This document shows, piece by piece, positions 18,396-27,617 of a stretch of DNA of 64,000 bases. The DNA lies in the IMG/VR virus record IMGVR_UViG_3300017492_000173, positions 3,925-67,924 of that record, one strand, 5' to 3'. Origin of the DNA: a virus (lineage: Duplodnaviria > Caudoviricetes). The position numbers were made by a program, and so were the translations under genes. Each line of letters begins with the position of its first letter. Position 1 is the stretch's first letter. Under the pieces are notes generated by a model. The model was not told the DNA's origin and searched no databases. It saw only the letters and a program-made list of their open reading frames with translations.

Positions 18396-18526
18396 ACGCT
18401 GCAAAGTTAATCCTTTTACTCCGAACTATGCCAATTTTCACATCCTTTAGCCTAATTGCGCCACTTCAACGAGCTTGTAGCCCTAACTTTTTATCAGCCG
18501 TCTGTCATTGTCTGTCAGTTCAATCC

Positions 18527-20023
18527 TCAATCCTCCTTGAATAAATCCGTCTGCGTTTCTTGTTTCCTCTTTCTTGACGGTTTCGGGGTTTTCTTCGGCA
18601 ACGCCCAGCCTTTCGCCTTTGCGCACTCGTAGTTGAACTTAAACCACACGTCCTCATCCAAGAACTCGAAGTGCATCGTGCCTTTCTTGTAGCCCTTGCA
18701 GCGGAAGAAGCCCCAATCAAACCATTCTCCCCAAAAGCGATGCCAACTGCCATATTCCAAAACACTCCATAAGCTGCCTACTTGGGAATAGTCCGTCCCA
18801 GTTATATAGCAAAGAGCCTTTGTCACATCGTCCAACTTATTGGAGAAGCCTCCGTAATCCAGCTTGACATACGGTTCGGGATTGTGGCAATAATCATAAC
18901 CCTTGCACACATGCGGAACGATGAACTTCCTGTTCACCATGTAGTTGGCGTTGGTCTTCCACTTCTCGCCCGCCGTGCTGTTCTCCGCCGAGAAGGAGCA
19001 TATCAAGTCGAAAGCGTCCGACAACGCCGTCTTCATCCTCTGGCCGTTTGTCCCCACGATGACCTCAAGCATACGGTACACGTTCCTCATCGTGAACGGT
19101 ATGTTGCTCTGCTGCTCGATGAACTTGTTGAGCTGCTGCCGCAAGGTCTCGGTGGAGTATTTCTCCATGTTGAGCTTGTTGAAGATTATGCGCCAGTAGT
19201 ACTTTTGCAGCTCCTTCTTGTACTGGGCGTGCGTCACGGTGGTCTCGTGTCCTTGCGCCGTGACCGCCGTGAACTTTATGGGCGGGTAGCCATACTTCGA
19301 GTCATCTGCTTTCGCCGTCTCGTTTATCTTGTCTGCCATTTCCTTCACGGTGTCGAACATCTTGACTGCCGAGGCGTAGCGGTTTACGAGGTCTCGAACC
19401 ACGTTGTACTCCATGAGTCCGGGCTGCGTGTTGCTGTTGTCGTCCTCGTCAAACTCCGAGAAGAAGTAGCCGTCGAACTCGTTATCGCCGCTGCCCTCCT
19501 TGTAGAGCTTGACGAGAGACACTTCGCAGCCAGTCCTCCGCTCCGCCGTCTTGAACGCATCGCCGAGGCTTTCGCTCCGTCCGTACAGTTCGATGAGTTC
19601 CTTCAGCCTGTCGTATTTTTGGTTCTTGTACCAGCTGCTGTGATAGAGGTTGTCCGAGTTGCACAACGCCGTTATCACGCACCCTGCGGGAGCTATTTCC
19701 CATGCGTGGATGATATGCTCCGCGCCGTGGCTGAACGGCGGGTTCATCACTATCTGGTTGACGTGGCTCACCTGCTCCGCCGTGACGGTGAGGAAGTCGT
19801 CGGCTATTATCTCGCACTTGCCGTCGAGCAGCCTCCGTATGTTCGGGTCGTTCTCGCAGGCTATGACCGCCGCTCCGTGACCTTTCAGCCAGTCCACGAT
19901 GTTCCCTTTTCCGGCGGACGGCTCAAGTATCGTCTGCCCTACTGTTTCCTCGCCCATCATCATCTGTTCGATGACCTCATCGGGCGTGGGGTAGAAGTCG
20001 GGGTTGTCTGTAAAAAGTTTCAT
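18527..20023 (-). CDS. N6-adenine DNA methyltransferase fused to a DUF4942-like domain
   Basis: DFYPTP, ILEPSAGKG (motif I), IVMNPPF (motif IV), and C-terminal WGFFRCKGYKKGTMHFEF typical of DUF4942. Confidence 0.85.
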   Translation of the reverse strand: MKLFTDNPDFYPTPDEVIEQMMMGEETVGQTILEPSAGKGNIVDWLKGHGAAVIACENDPNIRRLLDGKCEIIADDFLTVTAEQVSHVNQIVMNPPFSHGAEHIIHAWEIAPAGCVITALCNSDNLYHSSWYKNQKYDRLKELIELYGRSESLGDAFKTAERRTGCEVSLVKLYKEGSGDNEFDGYFFSEFDEDDNSNTQPGLMEYNVVRDLVNRYASAVKMFDTVKEMADKINETAKADDSKYGYPPIKFTAVTAQGHETTVTHAQYKKELQKYYWRIIFNKLNMEKYSTETLRQQLNKFIEQQSNIPFTMRNVYRMLEVIVGTNGQRMKTALSDAFDLICSFSAENSTAGEKWKTNANYMVNRKFIVPHVCKGYDYCHNPEPYVKLDYGGFSNKLDDVTKALCYITGTDYSQVGSLWSVLEYGSWHRFWGEWFDWGFFRCKGYKKGTMHFEFLDEDVWFKFNYECAKAKGWALPKKTPKPSRKRKQETQTDLFKED

Positions 20024-20099
20024 CTTAGTTATTATTTTGAATGTCGTATTTTCTTATTTGCTGTTTTTTTGGGGGGGGGGGAGCTCTTCTGTTGGCTGA

Positions 20100-20324
20100 C
20101 TACCAAACACCAATGTCGCCGATATGGTCAAACAAACCCTCTTGCCTTTCCAACATGGCTATCGTATTGGCTAAATGCGTGTCGGACATTTCTTTTATTG
20201 GAATGTCCTTTCCTGCCTTCGTCGTCCATACGATATTTCCTCGCTCACGGTCTCGCAGAAACCATTCCATGTACAAGTCATTCAAATCCGCTTTCTTCAT
20301 AGTTCCAACCTCCTTTTCGCCCAT
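20100..20324 (-). CDS. Hypothetical protein
   Basis: 74 aa with [26 protein letters not shown], a recurrent small-phage-protein motif. Confidence 0.55.
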   Translation of the reverse strand: MGEKEVGTMKKADLNDLYMEWFLRDRERGNIVWTTKAGKDIPIKEMSDTHLANTIAMLERQEGLFDHIGDIGVW

Positions 20325-20447
20325 TCAACATCAATATAAGGTTTCCATCCGCTCACGTGGAGTTCTACGGCGGCTTCGTACAGAGTTTTCTTGCCGTTAA
20401 GGACATCCCTCCTCAAAGACTCAAATATGGTAGGTATCTCAATCATG

Positions 20448-20672
20448 TTACTTTTCTTTCAAGTCGTTCAAAACTTTTTCAACCTTTGCGTCGGTCATCC
20501 ACATAGGCTCGTAGATGTAGTATTGCAGTTCCTCGTCTTTCACCTCGTAGGCTTCAACGGCATCGGGGAAGTGAGCCTTTGCCCACGTTTCTACTTGCTG
20601 TGGCGATAGCACCTTGTTCTCAAAGAACATCATAACTCCGCTGCCTGTCTCGAAATTGATAAATATGTTCAT
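20448..20672 (-). CDS. Hypothetical protein
   Basis: 74 aa ORF in operon. Confidence 0.55.
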   Translation of the reverse strand: MNIFINFETGSGVMMFFENKVLSPQQVETWAKAHFPDAVEAYEVKDEELQYYIYEPMWMTDAKVEKVLNDLKEK

Positions 20673-20674
20673 AA

Positions 20675-21229
20675 CTATATCCTTTCTGTTATTTCGTTCA
20701 ACTGTCCTGCGAACAACTCGTCTGCGGATATTTCTTGCTCCGTTGACGGGTCGTTCTTGTCATATCCGACTAACGCCAAACTCTCATACGTTTCGTTGTA
20801 GCCTATCGACTTGACAACGATGTCGCACGGCTCATCATAGAGATAGCCTGCCACTACAAGATGTTCATCGTCATCAAAATCTCTGACTTTCTTTCCTCCA
20901 TTCTTCTCGCTGTAAGCCTTCAAAGCTGCCAAACATTCTTCTTGCTCACGCTTTTTCAAGTCTTTCTCGCGGTCGTAAGGAGTGCCTAAGCGCAACCTTT
21001 CATCGCAGGCTTGATGTACTTCCTTTCTGTCACCCTTGTGGGTGGCATAGCGGTGGTATTCGATTGGAACATACTCCGCATTTGGCACTGCCATCCAAGA
21101 ATAGATGTCGGGGTCGCCATAGCCGTGTTCCTTGAGGAATGGATAAACGCTGTCATCGTTAATAATCTCGTCTTCAACGTCAAGGTATATCACCTTTGCG
21201 TTTTTGCTGTCTAATATTACTATCTTCAT
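20675..21229 (-). CDS. Hypothetical protein
   Basis: 184 aa ORF in operon. Confidence 0.65.
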   Translation of the reverse strand: MKIVILDSKNAKVIYLDVEDEIINDDSVYPFLKEHGYGDPDIYSWMAVPNAEYVPIEYHRYATHKGDRKEVHQACDERLRLGTPYDREKDLKKREQEECLAALKAYSEKNGGKKVRDFDDDEHLVVAGYLYDEPCDIVVKSIGYNETYESLALVGYDKNDPSTEQEISADELFAGQLNEITERI

Positions 21230-21235
21230 ATTCTA

Positions 21236-21454
21236 TTAATTGAACCAAAACTCATCTTCTTCAATTCCGGCCGAAACAAGGAGTTCCGTAACCTCTGCCT
21301 CCAACTGCTCTTCGTCCATCAGACCGTCTTCGTCTGAAGCCAGTTCGTATGCGTTGGAGGATGTCTGTATGAGATACTGGAAGAGTCCTTTGTTGTCTTC
21401 CAAAGCCTCATTCGCTTTGCTTGCGTATCTCAAGCTGATTTCTAATTCTTTCAT
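21236..21454 (-). CDS. Hypothetical acidic protein
   Basis: 72 aa, very acidic, first gene after promoter at 21498-21505. Confidence 0.55.
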   Translation of the reverse strand: MKELEISLRYASKANEALEDNKGLFQYLIQTSSNAYELASDEDGLMDEEQLEAEVTELLVSAGIEEDEFWFN

Positions 21455-21633
21455 TCCTGTGGGTTTTTGAATTAATGCGTTATCTTATTTGCTGATACAA
21501 AGATACTAACATTTTATCAAATGAGCAATTTTAAGAAGAAAAAAGTTAGTCCTAAAATGTTAAAATTATCACATTTGCTATCATTACGACATTTTTGAGC
21601 TACCTTTGTCGAAAACTAAAAATAGGTACCCAT

Positions 21634-22776
21634 ATGAAGAGGCATTACGATATACCACATTTGCCATTACCCTATGATCTCGAAACAAAATCTGTGCTAA
21701 AACAACTGAACCGAGCAAACAAGAGTTTGGCAGAGTTAAAAGGTGTCGCAGCGACAATTCCCAACGAGCAGATTCTTATAAGCACTCTTACTCTTCAAGA
21801 GGCAAAAGACAGTTCCGAAGTGGAGAACATCGTCACGACACAAGATGACCTATACAAGGCCACCATGAACATACACCAAGATTTCATAAATGCTGCGACC
21901 AAGGAAGTATTGAACTATCGTGAAGCCATACAACATGGCTTTGCGTTGGTACGTAAAAACAAGATATTACGCCTTAACGATATTTGCGCGATACAAGAGC
22001 GATTGGAGTACAACCGTGCTGGGTTCCGCAAAGTGCCAGGCACTGCGTTGAAACGTAGTGACGGAGAGACGATTTATATCCCGCCTCAAGATGGAAACAC
22101 GATAAAGGATTTTATGGAAAACCTTGAATTTTTCATCAATGATGCTTCGGTTTCTGACCTTGACCCATTAATAAAAATGGCAATCATACATCATCAATTT
22201 GAGAGCATACGCCCTTTCTATGACGGGAACGGACGTACAGGACGGATTATAAATGTGCTTTTTCTTGTTATGAATGACCTTCTTGACCTTCCAATATTGT
22301 ATTTGAGCAGGTACATAACACAAAACAAAGGTGAATATTACCGTTTGATACAAGCTATACGCGATAAAAACACAGACAATGCCGCCGAATGGGAAGAATG
22401 GATTCTCTATATGCTTAAAGCTGTCGAGCAAACATCCATCGAGACCATTGGCATGGTGAAAGGCATTTCAAAACTAATGGGCGAGTATAAAGCCATTCTT
22501 CGTCCGATGTTTGACAAACGTTACAGACATGAACTCATAAACAACCTCTTTTTTCATCCATACACGAAAATAGAATTCCTTGAAAAGGATATGATGGTGG
22601 GAAGACAGACTGCCTCAAAGTATCTTGAGAGGATTGTGGATGCTGGGCTTTTGCAAAAGATGAAACTCGGACGTGAAAACTATTATGTCAACACAAAATT
22701 GATGAATCTATTTCTCAACCATACGGCACATGAGGGAAACGCGCCAACAATAGAATCCGTCACTTCTGTGGGATGA
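21634..22776 (+). CDS. fic: Fic-family protein with a degenerate catalytic motif
   Basis: Fic N-terminal LQEAKDSSEVENIVTT, motif HHQFESIRPFYDGNGRTGR, C-terminal HTH. Promoter TACCTTTG at 21601-21608. Confidence 0.9.
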   Translation: MKRHYDIPHLPLPYDLETKSVLKQLNRANKSLAELKGVAATIPNEQILISTLTLQEAKDSSEVENIVTTQDDLYKATMNIHQDFINAATKEVLNYREAIQHGFALVRKNKILRLNDICAIQERLEYNRAGFRKVPGTALKRSDGETIYIPPQDGNTIKDFMENLEFFINDASVSDLDPLIKMAIIHHQFESIRPFYDGNGRTGRIINVLFLVMNDLLDLPILYLSRYITQNKGEYYRLIQAIRDKNTDNAAEWEEWILYMLKAVEQTSIETIGMVKGISKLMGEYKAILRPMFDKRYRHELINNLFFHPYTKIEFLEKDMMVGRQTASKYLERIVDAGLLQKMKLGRENYYVNTKLMNLFLNHTAHEGNAPTIESVTSVG

Positions 22777-22780
22777 ATAT

Positions 22781-22853
22781 GTGTTAATGAAATCGGCTTT
22801 TCTTCGACATGTTTTCGGAACGTGTTAATGAAATCGGCTTTTCTTCGACATGT
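22781..22853 (+). repeat. 32-bp tandem direct repeat GTGTTAATGAAATCGGCTTTTCTTCGACATGT, two copies
   Basis: Copies at 22781-22812 and 22822-22853. Confidence 0.85.
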
Positions 22854-22867
22854 CCTGCCTAACAGGA

Positions 22868-22901
22868 ACGGGGAATGCCCTTCGCACTCCCCGTTTTTTT
22901 T
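22868..22901 (+). terminator. Intrinsic terminator after fic
   Basis: ACGGGGAATGC-CCTTC-GCACTCCCCGT stem followed by a T-tract. Confidence 0.75.
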
Positions 22902-22979
22902 ATTTGCATAGGAACGTTTTTTCTAAATCTCTTATTTTATTTGCATAGGAACGGCCTCGTTGACCTTAAATCTGGTTTC

Positions 22980-23630
22980 TTATTTGCATAGGGACGGCTT
23001 GCTAAAGCGGCTCGGATATTTGGCTTTGTTGGCTATCAGTGTTATATTAAAGCAGTTCAGTATCTCTATTCTGTGGCAGACCTTTTTGAAATGCTCTTCA
23101 GGGAAAGGCATCTCTTGGCACTGGAGCTGTGCGCAGAACAGGTAATCTTTCAGCACATCGGACAACAGCGGTATGAATTCGTCAAGAGGGACATAGGTGT
23201 CGAAGAACTCCTCAAGGGTGGGATAGGGATCGTCTTCCTCTTGTGGAACTTTCGTCTCCACCTGTATCGTGGCTTTCGATGGCTTCTGTTCCTTCGGGTT
23301 CTCCGGCACCTTCCATGTGACTGGGAGGGAAAGCACCCACTTGCGGTAACCGTCAGCCTTATTCTTGCGGCTCTCCGCTATGAGTGACAGGAAACCGTCA
23401 GAATCCACGAACTCATGCCCTGTTACCACTTTCGTTCTTTTCACGAAGAATTCCTTGGTAGCGCATTCGCTCTTCCTTACTATCTTCATGCCCTCTCTTT
23501 TCAAGAGGTCCAACCCACGGCAGACATCCGTCAAGCAGAACATCTTTCCGTGTTCCTTATCCACGGCGATGTTCAACTCTCCGAATCTTCCGTCGTAGAA
23601 CTTTCTTACTTCTGGACTTTGTTTTACCAT
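22980..23630 (-). CDS. BRO-N domain protein (antirepressor-like)
   Basis: FGELNIAVDKEHGKMFCLTDVCRGLDL...FLSLIAESRKNKADGYRKWV matches Bro-N. Confidence 0.75.
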   Translation of the reverse strand: MVKQSPEVRKFYDGRFGELNIAVDKEHGKMFCLTDVCRGLDLLKREGMKIVRKSECATKEFFVKRTKVVTGHEFVDSDGFLSLIAESRKNKADGYRKWVLSLPVTWKVPENPKEQKPSKATIQVETKVPQEEDDPYPTLEEFFDTYVPLDEFIPLLSDVLKDYLFCAQLQCQEMPFPEEHFKKVCHRIEILNCFNITLIANKAKYPSRFSKPSLCK

Positions 23631-23854
23631 ACTTTTTTCTCTTATTTGACACTACAAAGATAATAATTCCTTATCACTCCTGCAAGTTTATAACTATCTT
23701 ATTTACAGATAGTTATGCGTGTGGAGGTTAAAAATTATCAAAATTTCCCATATATGAAAATCATTTGAAATACGCAATTTTTGGATATGCGGATGAAAAT
23801 ATGTAACTTTGCCAACGAAAGTTTTTAGTGGAATCTTGCACAAGCTGCATTGCC

Positions 23855-24976
23855 ATGGCAGAAAGGGTGAGCATACCACAGGAACGTTACCGTTGGGCCA
23901 TACAACGTGCGGGACTGACCGTGGAGGGCTACGAAGATAGTCATCCTGCGCTTGCTTTGTCTGAATGGATGACAGGAGAGAAATCCCCTACGGTGAAACA
24001 GCTTGAAACTTTCGCCAAAAGTGTGAACGTGCCTTTCGGATACCTTTTCTTGGAAAACGCACCAACAGAAAATGTACCATTCCCTGTGTTCCGTGGAGAA
24101 GCAGGGCGCAACGACCATTTCGACCTTAACGTGTATGACACTGTGAATGCGGTGCAGCAAAGGCAAGATTGGCTGGAAGACTATCTGACTGAAAATGAAA
24201 TTGACACCAGCTCCATTGTGGGATGCGTTACCCCTCAGACACCTATAGGCGAAGCCGTTGAACTGTTGAGAAAAATCCTCGGATTGGAAGCAAGATGGGC
24301 TTTTGGACTGGCAAGCCCAGAAGCGGCCATAAGCAAAATGACGGAAGCAATGGAAGAGGCCGGCGTGTTTTTGGCATATAATGGCGTGGTTGGCAACAAT
24401 ACACACCGTCCGTTGAAAGTCAGTGAATGCAGGGGCTTTGCCCTTGTCAACGATGTCGCACCATACATTTTCGTAAATAGCGGTGATGCTCCGACAGCCC
24501 AGCTGTTCACTCTGATACATGAGGCTGCTCATTTGATGCTTGGTGTCAGCGCAGGGCATGCAGGAACGGACATAATATCCCATGACACCACGGAAATATA
24601 TTGCGACATGGTGGCAGCGGAATTCTTGGTTCCCGCAGCGGAATTGCGAAAAGTATGGAATGGGGAATTGAAAAGTACCGCACGTAAGTTCTGCGTGAGC
24701 GAGATTGTGGTGGCGCGTAGGGCGCATGACTTGCATTTGATTACCGATGAAGTTTACAGGGCTTTTTGGCAGGAATACAGAAACAGGCCTCCATACAAGA
24801 GAAAAGCAGGGAATGGAGGCAGCTTTTATAGAACAAGCGTCAAACGTGTCGGACGGTTGTTTGCTATTCATATAAAGAATGCTGTGGGAAGCCGCCAGCT
24901 GTCTTACCTTGAGGCGTATAGGCTCACAGGACTCTACGGCAATACCTACACACACTTTATGAACAACAATATCTGA
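23855..24976 (+). CDS. ImmA/IrrE-family metallopeptidase with N-terminal HTH
   Basis: N-terminal KSPTVKQLETFAKSVNVPFGYLFL, ECRGFAL, and FTLIHEAAHLML (HExxH). Promoter TAACTTTG at ~23806. Confidence 0.9.
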   Translation: MAERVSIPQERYRWAIQRAGLTVEGYEDSHPALALSEWMTGEKSPTVKQLETFAKSVNVPFGYLFLENAPTENVPFPVFRGEAGRNDHFDLNVYDTVNAVQQRQDWLEDYLTENEIDTSSIVGCVTPQTPIGEAVELLRKILGLEARWAFGLASPEAAISKMTEAMEEAGVFLAYNGVVGNNTHRPLKVSECRGFALVNDVAPYIFVNSGDAPTAQLFTLIHEAAHLMLGVSAGHAGTDIISHDTTEIYCDMVAAEFLVPAAELRKVWNGELKSTARKFCVSEIVVARRAHDLHLITDEVYRAFWQEYRNRPPYKRKAGNGGSFYRTSVKRVGRLFAIHIKNAVGSRQLSYLEAYRLTGLYGNTYTHFMNNNI

Positions 24977-24984
24977 ACACATCT

Positions 24985-25467
24985 ATGGAATATTTATTTG
25001 ACTCCAACATATTCATAAGGTCAAAAAACGAAATGCCCATGGAGATATGGCCGACATTTTGGACTCGAATCACAGAGCTTATCCGTGGCAGAAGAATTTT
25101 CACGAGCATAAAAGTCAAGGATGAGATAGACCGTGGAAAGGATGAATTGACTCAATGGATGAAAGACAACTCAACGGTAGGCTTTTACTGTAAAGTTGAT
25201 GCAGATGTTCTCGCAAAATATTCAGAGGTGCAGAACTGGGCTAACAACACCCAACGTTACACCGCTGCCGCTCTACAAGATTTCGCAAATGTAGCTGACG
25301 CTTACCTTGTCGCAACCGCATCAGCGAAAGGGATGACATTAGTAACCTATGAGATATCAGACCCCGGTTGCAAGAAAAGAGTGAAAATACCCGATGCTTG
25401 TATCGCCCTTGGTGTTGAATGCTGTGATTTGAATACCGCTTTCCGTGTACTTGGCGTACGGATTTGA
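24985..25467 (+). CDS. DUF4411-family PIN-like protein
   Basis: YLFDSNIFI, ADAYLVATA, LVTYE and KIPDAC motifs; coupled to the IrrE gene. Confidence 0.85.
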   Translation: MEYLFDSNIFIRSKNEMPMEIWPTFWTRITELIRGRRIFTSIKVKDEIDRGKDELTQWMKDNSTVGFYCKVDADVLAKYSEVQNWANNTQRYTAAALQDFANVADAYLVATASAKGMTLVTYEISDPGCKKRVKIPDACIALGVECCDLNTAFRVLGVRI

Positions 25468-25651
25468 CACTTCAAGATTTAAAAATACAAAGTAAAAGGT
25501 GGCTCAAAAAAGTCACCTTTTTAGTAGTGTGAAATATGGAGAAAATGCATATTTTACGTGTTAAATAATGTTTAAACGGGGGGGGTAAAATTAATGTTGT
25601 ACCTTTGTATTTTGAAACAGATGTTACATACCTGTTAAGGCATATAAGAAT

Positions 25652-26251
25652 ATGTTTTCCCTTGTTATGACAAATAAAAGAAAATCTATCGTAAAGACAT
25701 GGGGCAACTTGATAATACATAGGTCTCTTGTCCTAATATTGTTTGTGCTTCCTCTCAATGGGATGGCACAGGAAAGCTCCATCGACAAGCCAAAGTTTTT
25801 TCCGAAACTATTCGGATTGAATAAAAGTGTTGCCATCAGTGTCATGGGCTGCGCTGTTGACAACTTCGATTACGGCGCGGTTGGACTCAACGCCACCGTT
25901 TACGGCATTTATGTGGACTTCATGGGCTGGCCTCGCAAGAATGCCAAGAACGTAAAAACCACCGATTGGGAGGAGCTTTCAGTGTGGGCTACGCATATTG
26001 GTTACCAAATACCTTTTCATAAGTATTTGGACGGAAGCATAAGGATAACTCCTATGGTGGGCTATTACGCCAAGAAAGAGGGGGCTGTTATATATGATGA
26101 CAAGACAGCCACCGCCACAACAGGGCATTTTGACTACGGAGCGGCATTGGTGTTCCAAAACAAGGACAGAAATATCGGCTCTTACACTTTCTCATTGGGT
26201 TGCACTCGTTATGCCGTATGGGCTGGCTTTGGCTTGGAGTTCCAATTATAA
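25652..26251 (+). CDS. Exported beta-barrel-like protein
   Basis: Signal-like hydrophobic segment, aromatic beta strands, C-terminal GFGLEFQL. Confidence 0.6.
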   Translation: MFSLVMTNKRKSIVKTWGNLIIHRSLVLILFVLPLNGMAQESSIDKPKFFPKLFGLNKSVAISVMGCAVDNFDYGAVGLNATVYGIYVDFMGWPRKNAKNVKTTDWEELSVWATHIGYQIPFHKYLDGSIRITPMVGYYAKKEGAVIYDDKTATATTGHFDYGAALVFQNKDRNIGSYTFSLGCTRYAVWAGFGLEFQL

Positions 26252-26269
26252 TCATATAAAACATTTGCT

Positions 26270-26965
26270 ATGACAAAGAAAAAAATCATTTGGTGGGGGA
26301 TAGGAATATTCTTGGGAATGAGCTTCCTCGGTGCTATCCTTGACGAATACGACAAAGGTGGAGATGAAAAGCAAGCAGCTGTCAGCACTTATTATTTCAC
26401 GGCAGACAGTTTGCTGGTTTTAAGCAGTGAAGACACTCTAACCATTGACGGAGGAAAGTTGGTATTGCATTCAAAAGACCAATGTTTAACAGCTTATTTC
26501 GAGCTTCACTTCACCGAGGAAATGTTTGTGACGCAGGACGGGATGGAACCAACCGTATCAGGAACTTCAAGCAACACTTATAGGTTGGCTTTTTCTGGCG
26601 ACTACCTTGACAATGATTCACGCGTTATTTCATGGGGAAAACACTATGTATGCCGTTCCGCATATAAAGGTGCCGACAAGAACGTAATCTTGGAAATGCT
26701 GCGAAGACTTGAGAAGAAGAAAATGGAAGCAGAGTTTGAAGCCATGACATCTTATGATACAGAAAAGAAAATGAAATATCAAGCATGGGTAAGGTGTATT
26801 GCCGAAAAAGCCGTAGACCTCCCTGACCATATCGATAAGATAACCTTAACCGTTAATGTCCTTGACAATAAAGCCCGTCGTTATGAATTTATACCGTCTA
26901 TGGGTGACACCTACAACACTCTGATTAATTTCATCTTTGGAGAGACCATTTATGAAACCAAATAA
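26270..26965 (+). CDS. Membrane-anchored hypothetical protein
   Basis: N-terminal KKKIIWWGIGIFLGMSFLGAIL TM segment. Confidence 0.65.
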   Translation: MTKKKIIWWGIGIFLGMSFLGAILDEYDKGGDEKQAAVSTYYFTADSLLVLSSEDTLTIDGGKLVLHSKDQCLTAYFELHFTEEMFVTQDGMEPTVSGTSSNTYRLAFSGDYLDNDSRVISWGKHYVCRSAYKGADKNVILEMLRRLEKKKMEAEFEAMTSYDTEKKMKYQAWVRCIAEKAVDLPDHIDKITLTVNVLDNKARRYEFIPSMGDTYNTLINFIFGETIYETK

Positions 26966-26977
26966 AACATTCATATT

Positions 26978-27553
26978 ATGAGAAAATTTGCATTCCTTTT
27001 TATCGCGCTGTTCACCTGCTTGACCGTTCAAGGGCAGACTATAGAATTTGACGACTATTTGGATGACAGCATAAAGGTTTACTCCACGTCATCTGTAATC
27101 TGTCGGAGCTTAACAGACAAAATGGTTCTGTCCGTGTCTCTGACAAAATACACGTTTAGGAGCAGTCACGACTATTATACAATAAAGCTGACGGTCAATA
27201 CTGGCGAACACTGCTCCATACCTAAAGGCGGTCGTGTACTCATAAAAACGGCTGATGATTCAGTCATTGAACTAAAATCCATTTCCGATGCCGAATCTGA
27301 AATAAGAACGGATATAGTAAGTGGCATCGCAATAAAAACGGTGCAGTTGGTTGGTGATTATGTCGTAAGTGAGACTGACTTGCAGAAGATGTTCAAGGGA
27401 GTGAAGAAAGTGCGAATGGAGATTCTTCCTACGAACTACGAAAAGGATTTCAAGAAAGACAAAATAGGAAAAGCCTTGCAAGCAGAATACAACCTGCTAA
27501 AAGACAAGGCTTTTAGCGAGCAACGAAAAAGCAATTTTTCCGAAGGGTTTTGA
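26978..27553 (+). CDS. Exported hypothetical protein
   Basis: Signal peptide MRKFAFLFIALFTCLTVQG. Confidence 0.7.
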   Translation: MRKFAFLFIALFTCLTVQGQTIEFDDYLDDSIKVYSTSSVICRSLTDKMVLSVSLTKYTFRSSHDYYTIKLTVNTGEHCSIPKGGRVLIKTADDSVIELKSISDAESEIRTDIVSGIAIKTVQLVGDYVVSETDLQKMFKGVKKVRMEILPTNYEKDFKKDKIGKALQAEYNLLKDKAFSEQRKSNFSEGF

Positions 27554-27577
27554 CCGACCAACGATTATAAACACGGC

Positions 27578-27617
27578 AAGCGACCCACAGACTAAAACAA
27601 TGTCTGTTGGGTCGCTT
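27578..27617. terminator. Hairpin between convergent genes (likely bidirectional terminator)
   Basis: AAGCGACCCACAGAC / GTCTGTTGGGTCGCTT inverted repeat overlapping the MTase stop. Confidence 0.6.

Noticed and set aside
18782-20302. 506 aa plus-strand ORF
   Set aside because: Antisense shadow of the DUF4942 methyltransferase.
23825-24982. 385 aa minus-strand ORF
   Set aside because: Antisense shadow of the IrrE gene, which has clear motifs.
9917-25563. Scattered TTAACAC/GTGTTAA heptamers near promoters
   Set aside because: Short and AT-rich, within AT-rich intergenic DNA, with no fixed spacing; cannot be separated from background without statistics.
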